From positions 1-64,000 of IMG/VR virus record IMGVR_UViG_3300037882_001492: a stretch of DNA of 64,000 nt. One strand, 5' to 3'. This document shows, in pieces, positions 10,316 through 18,264 of this stretch. How positions within the stretch are numbered: position 1 is the stretch's first letter; each line of letters starts with the position of its first letter. Source of the DNA: a virus. The notes beneath the pieces are model-generated. The model did no database searches, was not told the origin of the DNA, and worked only from the letters and a program-made list of their open reading frames with translations. The position numbers and the translations under genes were made by a program.

Positions 10316-10473
10316 TGAAACCTTTTCGATTCCTTTCTATCTTATTGGCATCTATTGTATTTCTAACCACTAGGTTTGCGTTTGAGGGTAGTGCTGCCGA
10401 GTCTTATATTGCTTTCTTGATTGCTTTATTTGGGGTCGAAAACATGACGAAAGAGAAATATGAAGATGAATAG
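10315..10473 (+). CDS. Small membrane protein (52 aa)
   Basis: TAATG coupling to the KTSC gene; MKPFRFLSILLASIVFL... two hydrophobic stretches. Confidence 0.5.
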   Translation: MKPFRFLSILLASIVFLTTRFAFEGSAAESYIAFLIALFGVENMTKEKYEDE

Positions 10474-10924
10474 TGCTTGCAATACGGCTCCCGATGCTAT
10501 GGAAGTAATCCTAGACAATCGTAAGGATGGTCGTTCTATTGCATTGAAAGGAGATAAAGGAGCCGTAGAATTTTATTGGTATAAACCGATGGAAGGATGG
10601 GAACATCATTTCAGCGGCGGAATAGAATGCCATAGCAAGAATCCCCGTAGTCAGAACGATAGATCCTTACAAGAATGGAATAAGGAACATTGTGAAAAGA
10701 AAGGTATTCCATATGATCGTTCTAAGGATGATTGTATTCTAACTGGTGGAGAATGTTATTGTGACGGTACTAGCTTAGGTGCTATTAACTTTGCAGAAAG
10801 TTATGGCATTAAACCTAGCGATACGATTGATAGTCTTGAAAAGCGTGATATGATTATCCATATTGTGCGTATGCTTAAAGGCTATTATCATTCTTGGTTT
10901 AACGAAGATTATGAAGATGAATAG
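10460..10924 (+). CDS. Hypothetical phage protein
   Basis: 154 aa; KGDKGAVEF, IECHS, C..TGGECYCDGTSL. Confidence 0.75.
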   Translation: MKMNSACNTAPDAMEVILDNRKDGRSIALKGDKGAVEFYWYKPMEGWEHHFSGGIECHSKNPRSQNDRSLQEWNKEHCEKKGIPYDRSKDDCILTGGECYCDGTSLGAINFAESYGIKPSDTIDSLEKRDMIIHIVRMLKGYYHSWFNEDYEDE

Positions 10925-10969
10925 TGCGATTTCGCACACTCTCAGCCGATTGTGAAGATTGTGTGAAGA
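10924..10969 (+). repeat. Early-region repeat: palindrome GTGCGA-TT-TCGCAC + ACTCTCAGC + GTGAAGATTGTGTGAAGA
   Basis: Near-identical copy at 12395-12442; partial copies at 10013-10031, 11773-11799 (inverted), 14443-14469. Confidence 0.9.
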
Positions 10970-10990
10970 AAAGAAGAAGAGAAATAGAGC

Positions 10991-11019
10991 TTGCAATCGC
11001 TCCCCGATAGCAGTATAAT
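10991..11019 (+). promoter_or_regulatory. sigma70-type early promoter
   Basis: TTGCAA-17-TATAAT. Confidence 0.85.
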
Positions 11020-11074
11020 GGTGGCATGAGCGAGCAGCACCGCTAACGCTCAAACCCAAAACAAACCTAAGAGC

Positions 11075-11275
11075 ATGAAACTCTCGCCCACTACTAATCA
11101 GAATAAGCGCCGTTGCCGTTCTGTTCGTATCTTTCGCGTTACGGACGGATTTCAAGTCGAAGTAACCGAAAAGAAAAATGGTATCGTGATTCCGTTCAAC
11201 TTCCATACTCGCGCTCAGGCTCATGCTTTCGTAAACCGTAACCTGCACCTGATCGGAGCCTATCGCGCTCGCTAG
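11075..11275 (+). CDS. Small basic hypothetical protein
   Basis: 66 aa ORF between a promoter and a terminator. Confidence 0.65.
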   Translation: MKLSPTTNQNKRRCRSVRIFRVTDGFQVEVTEKKNGIVIPFNFHTRAQAHAFVNRNLHLIGAYRAR

Positions 11276-11292
11276 TTTTCATGCTTAGGAAA

Positions 11293-11322
11293 GGGGATTA
11301 GAATGGTCTAGTCCCCTATTTC
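11293..11322 (+). terminator. Intrinsic terminator
   Basis: AGGGGATTAGA-ATGG-TCTAGTCCCCT followed by ATTT; paralogous to 12352-12382. Confidence 0.7.
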
Positions 11323-11342
11323 TTAAGAATGGAGTAAAACAA

Positions 11343-11660
11343 ATGAAAATGGCCCTTACTAAAAAGACGCTGCATACTCTCACGCTTCAATCGGAGAATG
11401 AAGATATCTTGAAGAAGATCGCGGATTATGCTGCTAATGTGGAAACGCTGCCGGTTACCCTGCACGAATCACAAGTTTGTAGTTTGCTTCTGGCCGTTTC
11501 TTCTGCATTGTATACTTATAACCGTAGTGGCGAGACGATGAAGATTCCGCTTATTAGGGAGATTTTCGGAATCTTTGCTAGGTATCATATCCATATCAGT
11601 CTGTTGGATGCTAAAAATGTCGTCGAATACCTCACTAGTAAGTATATCCATAATGATTAA
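11343..11660 (+). CDS. Hypothetical protein
   Basis: 105 aa, GGAG upstream. Confidence 0.65.
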   Translation: MKMALTKKTLHTLTLQSENEDILKKIADYAANVETLPVTLHESQVCSLLLAVSSALYTYNRSGETMKIPLIREIFGIFARYHIHISLLDAKNVVEYLTSKYIHND

Positions 11661-11737
11661 GTGAGCGTAACCGTTCCCGGTTAGTCTTGAAACTAATAAC
11701 TGGCAATCGTTACATGGCTGCCGCTGCCTAATGCGGA

Positions 11738-11770
11738 TAGGGGGATAGCAATATTCCCCTAATTTCTTTT
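11738..11770 (+). terminator. Intrinsic terminator
   Basis: TAGGGGGATA-GCAA-TATTCCCCTA followed by T-rich tract. Confidence 0.7.
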
Positions 11771-11772
11771 GG

Positions 11773-11799
11773 GAGCTGATAGTGTGCGAAATCGCTCAT
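11773..11799 (-). repeat. Inverted copy of the early-region palindromic repeat
   Basis: Reverse complement reads ATGAGCGATTTCGCACACTATCAGCTC. Confidence 0.85.
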
Positions 11800-11811
11800 T
11801 TAAAGAAATGC

Positions 11812-11840
11812 TTGCATTCTAGGCTAGTTTCGTGTATCAT
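11812..11840 (+). promoter_or_regulatory. sigma70-type promoter
   Basis: TTGCAT-17-TATCAT. Confidence 0.65.
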
Positions 11841-11906
11841 AGGGGGATCGCCACAAGTCTCATGCCCTAGCCTGAAAAAAAAATGGAGAAAACTAGGTCT
11901 AAAGGC

Positions 11907-11935
11907 TTGACAAGGTGCCAACAATCTGATACAAT
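11907..11935 (+). promoter_or_regulatory. sigma70-type early promoter
   Basis: TTGACA-17-TACAAT, ATG 6 nt downstream. Confidence 0.9.
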
Positions 11936-11941
11936 AGGAAC

Positions 11942-12334
11942 ATGACGCAAGAAACTCAATCTAATCCCTCCGGCCCCGCTAAGCGGTTCCGGTCCCCTAA
12001 TCGCCCTAAGTCCGAGCGGCTGGCAGAAGCTCAAGCTAAAGCTGCTCGCTTGGCTGCTAGTGTCGCTGCTCAAGAATGCTCGGAACATCCCGAAGTTCAA
12101 GCGATTGACGCTCAGATCAAGGAAGCGAATAAGACCGTTATCAATCTCACCCGTCACGCTAAAGAAGGCGTTGAGAATGCGGAAAACTTTGATAAGCGAG
12201 CGGCAGAATGGCGCGAGCGGGCCGCTACTGCTAATCAGGCTCTTCCCGCTGCTAAGGATACTTTGTCGGCCCTTAAGGAACAGCGCCGGGCCGTTATCGC
12301 TAGCCTTGCACAAGGGGGCGCTATCGAATCCTAA
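11942..12334 (+). CDS. Ala-rich coiled-coil early protein
   Basis: 130 aa, visibly GC-richer, GCT-biased, own promoter and terminator. Confidence 0.8.
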   Translation: MTQETQSNPSGPAKRFRSPNRPKSERLAEAQAKAARLAASVAAQECSEHPEVQAIDAQIKEANKTVINLTRHAKEGVENAENFDKRAAEWRERAATANQALPAAKDTLSALKEQRRAVIASLAQGGAIES

Positions 12335-12351
12335 CTAGGATATTTCATAGA

Positions 12352-12382
12352 AAGGGGATTAGGACGGCCTAGTCCCTTATTT
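12352..12382 (+). terminator. Intrinsic terminator
   Basis: AAGGGGATTAGG-ACGG-CCTAGTCCCTT-ATTT. Confidence 0.7.
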
Positions 12383-12394
12383 CTATTGTTTCGG

Positions 12395-12442
12395 GTGAGC
12401 GATTTCGCACACTCTCAGCTCCGTGTGAAGATTGTGTGAAGA
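12395..12442 (+). repeat. Early-region repeat copy
   Basis: GTGAGCGATTTCGCACACTCTCAGCTCCGTGTGAAGATTGTGTGAAGA. Confidence 0.9.
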
Positions 12443-12452
12443 TAATAAGTAG

Positions 12453-12481
12453 TTGCATTCGGATGGCGAGTATGGTATAAT
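12453..12481 (+). promoter_or_regulatory. sigma70-type early promoter
   Basis: TTGCAT-17-TATAAT, ATG 7 nt downstream. Confidence 0.85.
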
Positions 12482-12488
12482 CAACGGT

Positions 12489-12662
12489 ATGAGTAAAAAA
12501 GACTACATCGCACTCGCTGAGATTCTAAAGAAACGAGAACCATTCATTAGCGATTATCAATTTAGTCATTTGTTGAATGATCTTATGGCGTATATGATTA
12601 AAGATAACCCTAACTTTGATAAAGATAAGTTTATGGATGCTATCTATAACTTGCCGGTTTGA
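12489..12662 (+). CDS. Small phage protein (MSKKDYIALAE...DNPNFDKDKF)
   Basis: Recurring phage family pattern; start at 12489 rather than the TTG inside the -35 box. Confidence 0.75.
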   Translation: MSKKDYIALAEILKKREPFISDYQFSHLLNDLMAYMIKDNPNFDKDKFMDAIYNLPV

Positions 12663-12688
12663 CTTCTGCTATTTTTAGAAGTTTACGC

Positions 12689-12717
12689 TTGACTTCGACG
12701 CTTGACTTTGGTACAAT
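12689..12717 (+). promoter_or_regulatory. sigma70-type early promoter
   Basis: TTGACT-17-TACAAT, ATG 6 nt downstream. Confidence 0.85.
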
Positions 12718-12723
12718 GATAGC

Positions 12724-13428
12724 ATGACGATTAAACTCTCTAGTCCTGGTAAAATGCCATGCTACACTTGGAGCATTCCGGCATTTGATACTTGTCCTGG
12801 TGCAGTTATTGACTTTTCATCTTACGATGGTCAATTGAAGAATTGGTCTAAGTTTAAGCGTAAGATGAAGAAAACTAATCAAGTAGATGCTTGTAAAGGA
12901 TGCTATGCTCAATATGGTCATTATACCTTTCCTGGGTCTGCCAATCTTCGTAAGCATAATCTAAAGGATTGGAAACGCAAGAATTGGGTTAAGGATATGG
13001 TAAAGGCTATTAAGCATATGCCATATTTCCGATTCTTTGATAGTGGGGATATCTATTGTGTTGAATTGGCTATTAAGATTGAACAAATCGTAAAAGCCTG
13101 TCCCGATACTAAGTTTTGGATTCCCACCCGTTCCCATAAGATCAAACTAATAAAAAATGTTATTGACCGCCTCAACCATCTTACTAATTGCGTTGTTCGC
13201 ATTTCCTCTGATTCTGTTATTGGTGGGATTGTGGACTATGCGACTAACTCAACGATTGTGCCGAGCAATTCGGTAAAATCAAAACCTAATTTCCTCGTTT
13301 GTCAATCATTTAATCGTGAGGGCAAATGCGGAGATTGTCGAGCCTGTTGGAACAAAACCATTAAAACCATTGCATATCCCGCTCACGGGATTGTAATGAA
13401 ATCTGTTCTCAAGAAATTGGAAGTGTAA
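12724..13428 (+). CDS. GP88-family phage protein (Cys-rich, radical-SAM-like)
   Basis: LS.PGKMPC..WSIPA..CPG, C..CYA..G.Y, YFRFFDSGD, FWIPTR, CGDCRACW. Confidence 0.8.
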   Translation: MTIKLSSPGKMPCYTWSIPAFDTCPGAVIDFSSYDGQLKNWSKFKRKMKKTNQVDACKGCYAQYGHYTFPGSANLRKHNLKDWKRKNWVKDMVKAIKHMPYFRFFDSGDIYCVELAIKIEQIVKACPDTKFWIPTRSHKIKLIKNVIDRLNHLTNCVVRISSDSVIGGIVDYATNSTIVPSNSVKSKPNFLVCQSFNREGKCGDCRACWNKTIKTIAYPAHGIVMKSVLKKLEV

Positions 13429-13572
13429 AAATACGTTTTAAGCCCGAAGAATTTCGCACTAATAAACAAATTAGTGAAATCAGTAAAGATATTGATTGGG
13501 CAGAAATGATTGAAATCCCTGTCAATTCTACTAAACTCATTTAAGAAGCAAAACAACACATCATTAACCAAA

Positions 13573-13827
13573 ATGAAAAACACTAAACAAGTAATCCGTC
13601 CTTTGTATGCTATTGCATATGAGATTAAAAAAGATTGGAAGCTTCCTAACTATGCTGCAAAACCGTATCTAGAAGCTATGGGAAGTCTTAATCGAATTGA
13701 GGATATGTATTTTCTTGATTCGGCAAACATGATTGTGCGATACTTCCTTTCTAATGCAGCGTCATGGAAAGGTGAGAAAGCCCGTCAGATTAAGTCCGAA
13801 TTGAAATCTATGCTTGCGAGTAATTAA
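13573..13827 (+). CDS. Conserved small phage protein; paralog of 18034-18264
   Basis: RPLYAIA.EI..DW...AKPYL.AM...YFLSNA.SWKGE.AR.IK.ELK. Confidence 0.8.
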   Translation: MKNTKQVIRPLYAIAYEIKKDWKLPNYAAKPYLEAMGSLNRIEDMYFLDSANMIVRYFLSNAASWKGEKARQIKSELKSMLASN

Positions 13828-13828
13828 A

Positions 13829-14062
13829 ATGCCTACTTTCCACATTGCTAGGGATTCTGAAACTAAGCAATGGCAAGTAATTAAACAAGTTTCTATATCT
13901 TACGATAAAGTAAGCCCTAGAAGTAAGAAATACAACATAAGAGAAAACACTTGGGAGAATTCTCCCGTTTACTCAAATCCATTCTTTGATAGAGTGGATA
14001 CAATCAAAACCGAAACAATTGAAGAGGCAAAATTAGAATGTCAGAAGCGAAACTCTCTGTAG
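13829..14062 (+). CDS. Hypothetical protein
   Basis: ATG (MPTFHIAR) directly after the previous stop. Confidence 0.55.
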   Translation: MPTFHIARDSETKQWQVIKQVSISYDKVSPRSKKYNIRENTWENSPVYSNPFFDRVDTIKTETIEEAKLECQKRNSL

Positions 14063-14418
14063 AAATTACAGAAGGCCAGATTGCTAATGCTATTGCTGTA
14101 GCCATTAGTGAGGCTTTCAGTCCTGAAAAGAAAGAACGATTGATTCGTGATATTGTTCGCGCTCATTTGTCTACTAAGAAAGATTCTTATAGCCGTCAAA
14201 GTTTGCTAGAAGAACAAATCGGAATTCAAATTCGTATTATGGCTTCCGATCAAATGAAAGCCATTACTGAATCTTGGCGACCTGAAATTAATGCAATTGT
14301 CAGCAAGATTCTGAATCCTGCTGCTAAAGATCAAATCTTTGCACAATTGCAAACTGCTTTGCAGAAAGTGGTTCTTGTTAATTTTACTGTTAACGCTTGT
14401 TATGATGTAGAAGATTAA
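14038..14418 (+). CDS. Hypothetical protein
   Basis: 126 aa helical ORF in operon. Confidence 0.7.
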   Translation: MSEAKLSVEITEGQIANAIAVAISEAFSPEKKERLIRDIVRAHLSTKKDSYSRQSLLEEQIGIQIRIMASDQMKAITESWRPEINAIVSKILNPAAKDQIFAQLQTALQKVVLVNFTVNACYDVED

Positions 14419-14442
14419 ACTATGAAATCGCATACTGTAATG

Positions 14443-14469
14443 GTGTGCGATTTCGCACACTCTCAGCTC
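14443..14469 (+). repeat. Early-region palindromic repeat copy (perfect 8-bp arms)
   Basis: GTGTGCGA-TT-TCGCACAC-TCTCAGCTC. Confidence 0.9.
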
Positions 14470-14520
14470 TCAATTAATCGCATCTCATAAAACCATAGAA
14501 ATCTAATCTCATATCTCCAA

Positions 14521-14536
14521 TGTTTCCCGTGAAACA
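14521..14536. promoter_or_regulatory. parS: parS-like site (ParB/Spo0J binding)
   Basis: TGTTTCCCGTGAAACA, one mismatch to the TGTTTCACGTGAAACA consensus, intergenic. Confidence 0.7.
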
Positions 14537-14556
14537 TTTAAAACTCAATAAAATGT

Positions 14557-14585
14557 TTGTAAAATCAGGCGATCTATGGTATCAT
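14557..14585 (+). promoter_or_regulatory. sigma70-type promoter
   Basis: TTGTAA-17-TATCAT. Confidence 0.6.
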
Positions 14586-14637
14586 GGTAGCCGGTCTAAT
14601 AACAAACCATTAAATCGCATTAATCAAATAAACTTCC

Positions 14638-14778
14638 ATGATACATGGAACTTGGTATTGTAATGTTTGTGACGCTGAAAATAGCGAAATAGATGGCGAA
14701 TGCCAGTTTTGCGAATGTCAGGGAGCAGATTGCAATAAAGATAATTGTTCAGATCCAGAACACCTAAAAACCCGATAA
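14638..14778 (+). CDS. 46-aa zinc-finger protein (RanBP2-type spacing)
   Basis: W-Y-C-x2-C-x3-N-x6-C-x2-C plus further C/C/C/H; below the ORF track cutoff. Confidence 0.65.
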   Translation: MIHGTWYCNVCDAENSEIDGECQFCECQGADCNKDNCSDPEHLKTR

Positions 14779-14797
14779 AACAATGTGAGGAAATCAA

Positions 14798-14968
14798 ATG
14801 AAAGTTTATCTTGTTTGGATGCAGTAAAGGGAATGTTACAAGACTTTACTGCATATCTTCTCAACAAAGTATTTGGCAGTTGATTTCTGTAATCGCCACA
14901 ATCAGAGTTTAAGAGAGCGAGGCGCTAAAAACTATTTATATTATTTTACCGAAATGGAAGTAAAATAA
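14798..14968 (+). pseudogene. Small phage gene interrupted by in-frame TAA
   Basis: GAGG RBS; MKVYLVWMQ*RECYKTLLHIFSTKYLA...EMEVK; stop at 14825-14827. Confidence 0.55.
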
Positions 14969-14990
14969 TATAATATCCTGTTTGACTTCT

Positions 14991-15025
14991 AATACCCCGG
15001 TTTTAAGTAACCGGGGTTATTTATT
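14991..15025. terminator. Terminator ending the + strand early block (possibly bidirectional)
   Basis: ACCCCGGTT-TTAAGT-AACCGGGGT followed by TATTTATTT. Confidence 0.75.
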
Positions 15026-15233
15026 TGTCTAAATCGGATCTAATCATACCGTATATTGTGGTATGACTTTTAAGAAAATTTATTGTATGTCTATTAGGGA
15101 AAAATCATTCATCTCAAATATAACGATAGTACAAGTTATAAAATGAGATTGATGATATATAAGCAACATCCTACACCTATACTATATGTTGTAATTTAGA
15201 TAAAATAACATAGAATTCGATATAAAAACATCA

Positions 15234-15266
15234 ACCCCACATAACTTTAATCGGTTATGTGGGGTT
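15234..15266. repeat. Long inverted repeat in the convergence gap
   Basis: ACCCCACATAAC-TTTAATCG-GTTATGTGGGGT. Confidence 0.8.
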
Positions 15267-15566
15267 TGACTTTTACTGTTTTATTGAAATTAGTTAGATA
15301 AATTCAATAGATGTTATTGGTTTTATTGGTTTGACTTTTAGTGTTTGATGAAATGTGATTAAATAAGGTGGTTAAAAAATCCATTATACACAACAAACCT
15401 ATCAAAATCCATTGAATTTAATAACATTCTATTAAACTTTATTCAAACTAGCATTAAAAATACCAAAATGATATCATTCTGATATTTCTTCATCCTCCAA
15501 TCGCAGCAAGCGAATAAGAGCTAAAATACCGAGAATTAAGAAAAAAAGTGCGAAGATCCACATATA

Positions 15567-15839
15567 TCAAAGCGATATCACTTCCTCTACTTTGGTTTGT
15601 TCTTTTTGTAGTTCATAGTTCGCTTTAGTTAATTCAATAAAGACAGCGGCCCAAGTAATGATTGCCAGAATCACACTTAAAACTAAGATTCCACTTGATC
15701 CCATTACTGCTCTAACTGAACACGAATCATAACTACCGTCTTTTAGTTGCTTTAAGTTTCTTAAATCATTTAAAGTTACAATTACCTCAAACATCGTAAT
15801 CGCAAGACTGATAACACCAATAATGACGATTAGTTCCAT
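15567..15839 (-). CDS. Small membrane protein
   Basis: Two hydrophobic segments. Confidence 0.65.
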   Translation of the reverse strand: MELIVIIGVISLAITMFEVIVTLNDLRNLKQLKDGSYDSCSVRAVMGSSGILVLSVILAIITWAAVFIELTKANYELQKEQTKVEEVISL

Positions 15840-16049
15840 TTAGAATACAATATTGGTTTTATAGACAATCCACCAGAGAATTGACCATAGAAGTAATCTA
15901 TCCCCAACTAGATTGAATTTAAGAGCTTGTTCTTCTATCTTGGTTATTTCTCTATCTGTCTTACTTCTCCTTGCTCTAAAAATAATCACTAAAGCTGTAA
16001 TATCCACTATAAAAAGTGCTATGATTATGAGTGCAAATAAGGTTTCCAT
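15840..16049 (-). CDS. Small membrane protein
   Basis: Two hydrophobic segments, stop abuts the next ATG. Confidence 0.65.
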   Translation of the reverse strand: METLFALIIIALFIVDITALVIIFRARRSKTDREITKIEEQALKFNLVGDRLLLWSILWWIVYKTNIVF

Positions 16050-16053
16050 GTTG

Positions 16054-16416
16054 TTATTTCTTATTAGGTTTAGTATATTTCAGGTTAAACTCTTTTGCAA
16101 CCTTTTTAAATCTTACTTCCAAGTTATAAAAATCTTGGTCGTGAATTACTTGAAGGACACTTAGAAGTTCAATTGTATTTGTATTAATCCATTTGTTTGT
16201 ATAACCGTAGCCGTCAATCAAATCCCTAACAGGATTATCTTCGAATAGTTTTTGATAATCTTTCTTTGGAATTAAACATCCAACAGCACATTTTAGGACT
16301 TTACCTTTTTGTTCAGTTCGATAAAGACAACCTAGCGGACCTATTGATGGCTGTCCTTGCTTTCTTAGATGCGTTAAGACTTTATCAAACACTTGTTGTA
16401 GAAGTTTGTTATTCAT
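16054..16416 (-). CDS. Hypothetical phage protein (paralog of 16957-17376)
   Basis: QQVFDKV..HL..QG, CLYR, KCAVGCLI, LQ.IHD. Confidence 0.8.
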   Translation of the reverse strand: MNNKLLQQVFDKVLTHLRKQGQPSIGPLGCLYRTEQKGKVLKCAVGCLIPKKDYQKLFEDNPVRDLIDGYGYTNKWINTNTIELLSVLQVIHDQDFYNLEVRFKKVAKEFNLKYTKPNKK

Positions 16417-16424
16417 TGGTTTTA

Positions 16425-16619
16425 TTAAATGTTATTGAGTGCGATTACAAATCCTAGAATCCCTAGGACATATTGAATCAGTTGGACCTTTACAATCTGC
16501 ATTCCTATATCTCTGTCTTGGTGTTTCTCTGTTTGATACTTTGGAGCAAAGACAATATAAAAGAAGTATGCGATTGTAGTGATATATCCAATAAGTAAAA
16601 TTGTTGTGATGAGTGTCAT
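16425..16619 (-). CDS. Small membrane protein
   Basis: Two TM-like segments. Confidence 0.6.
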   Translation of the reverse strand: MTLITTILLIGYITTIAYFFYIVFAPKYQTEKHQDRDIGMQIVKVQLIQYVLGILGFVIALNNI

Positions 16620-16625
16620 TGTATT

Positions 16626-16832
16626 TTAATAAAAGAGTTCGTAATTACCAGTAATGGCGTAGTTAATTCCCCAAAAGAAAGTTGCAAGTGCTAAAAGTGT
16701 AGCGCAGAATCGCAGAACTTTAAAGAAATTAAACTCTCGACCAAATTCTGCTTCAAGGGCAGCAAACATACTACCAAAGACGAAAGAGACGATTGCTAGA
16801 ATAAAGAAAAGAATTGATAGCGGATGAAACAT
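16626..16832 (-). CDS. Small membrane protein
   Basis: Two TM-like segments. Confidence 0.6.
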   Translation of the reverse strand: MFHPLSILFFILAIVSFVFGSMFAALEAEFGREFNFFKVLRFCATLLALATFFWGINYAITGNYELFY

Positions 16833-16956
16833 TGTTGTTCGATTAGACCAGTTTATTGTTTAGATTTAGATTCGTATGTAAGTTTTATTTGATTCTATGG
16901 GATCTTGGTAGTCTTTTGGTATTGCGGTCTGTAAAATCAAAAACCACCAACTTATC

Positions 16957-17376
16957 CTACTTCAATTTGCTTAGAATTTTGGACTCATTTTTACCAAAAA
17001 GATCCTTGTATTGGGTGTAAATTTCCTTCAATCTATCAATTTTTAACTTTGGATTTTGGTCATATTTTATATCATCATTCACTTTCTGTAATGAATGCAA
17101 CATGTAAATTACATCTTGTTCAAGACTTTTCATCTTTAATTCAAAAGTATACGGAAAGATGTGTTTAGCAAACGAATTGTTCGATACCTTAATTTCAGGA
17201 ATATCACAATCAATCACTTGACCAATTACACACTTTTGTCCAGTAAGAGGATTTACATAACACATTTTAGACCTATTCGGATTGTATAAAAGATGCCATG
17301 CAATCCTATCGAATAGACGCAGAATGTCTCGTCTATCTCTTAGAATAACTTTACCTTTTTGTTGTTTAAATTTCAT
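16957..17376 (-). CDS. Hypothetical protein (divergent paralog of 16054-16416)
   Basis: FDRIAWHL, CY, KCVIGQVI, LQKVND. Confidence 0.65.
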   Translation of the reverse strand: MKFKQQKGKVILRDRRDILRLFDRIAWHLLYNPNRSKMCYVNPLTGQKCVIGQVIDCDIPEIKVSNNSFAKHIFPYTFELKMKSLEQDVIYMLHSLQKVNDDIKYDQNPKLKIDRLKEIYTQYKDLFGKNESKILSKLK

Positions 17377-17695
17377 CTGCTTTCTCTACTGCTTTCTTTA
17401 GAGCATTAATCACATCTTTCTTAGTTGTGTTTGGAGCATCATTAAGTGGAGTAAGTACAATCAGACCATTAACATCCTTAACGATTTTTATGGCTTGAAA
17501 CTTGTCCTTTTCACCATATTTAAGGTCTCTTGTTGCTCGTTCAATAGCGCCTACTAGACAAAATGATTCGGCACTTTCGTCTGATGGTAAAACAGCGTTA
17601 CCGTTTTTATCTTTTGCTAATGCTTTTTTAGTCCATCCAAACTTCTGTAGAATTGTGATGGCTTTCTTGATAATAGATTTAGGTTTATTTCGCAT
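17366..17695 (-). CDS. DUF6197-like phage protein
   Basis: GWTK...A, FCLVGAI.RA, LNDAP.TT..DVI. Confidence 0.65.
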   Translation of the reverse strand: MRNKPKSIIKKAITILQKFGWTKKALAKDKNGNAVLPSDESAESFCLVGAIERATRDLKYGEKDKFQAIKIVKDVNGLIVLTPLNDAPNTTKKDVINALKKAVEKADEI

Positions 17696-17770
17696 TTTTG
17701 ATCCTCTTTTTGAGTTTATCTTTTACAAGTTTGTTTGATAAGTTCTTCAACTTTCTTAAGTGTTTATTTG

Positions 17771-18034
17771 TCATTCATCAATATCTCCATACTCTAAAGA
17801 TCGTACACAATCATCAAGAAGTGCGATCTTACTATAATAAGTAAGTTCAGGTGTTTCAGTTAGTCGTTTAGAAAGTCTCTCAATAACCATTGAATTAGCG
17901 ATCTTTTTAACTATTTCTGGTGCATGTAGAATCGCACAAGCACCAGAAATAGCATCCATAAGATCAGATGTAACTTTAGCAGACAAAATATCCCCTGCTG
18001 TAAATAAGACCTTTTTAAGCATAAATGTATCCAT
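17771..18034 (-). CDS. Hypothetical protein
   Basis: 87 aa, translationally coupled. Confidence 0.6.
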   Translation of the reverse strand: MDTFMLKKVLFTAGDILSAKVTSDLMDAISGACAILHAPEIVKKIANSMVIERLSKRLTETPELTYYSKIALLDDCVRSLEYGDIDE

Positions 18035-18264
18035 TATGAAATCATTTTATATAATTCTTGTTTGATTCGTCGAGCGTGTTGCCCTTTCCAGTTGCCGCTG
18101 TTAGATAGAAATTTCTTTACGATTGAAACTCCTGATTCTCCATTATGGAATTCCTCAGTTGAGTCAATGCAATGCAATCCTAGCAATGCATTAAGTCCAT
18201 CTTCGTTTAAATCAACATAAAGAAATGTCTCGATTTCGTTAGCGATCTGTGATAGAGTTTTCAT
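18034..18264 (-). CDS. Paralog of 13573-13827
   Basis: LSQIANEI...IVKKFLSNSGNWKGQHARRIKQEL. Confidence 0.75.
   Translation of the reverse strand: MKTLSQIANEIETFLYVDLNEDGLNALLGLHCIDSTEEFHNGESGVSIVKKFLSNSGNWKGQHARRIKQELYKMIS

Noticed and set aside
10924-14469. CRISPR-like repeats
   Set aside because: Copies are 0.6-2 kb apart, separated by genes, one is inverted; no cas genes
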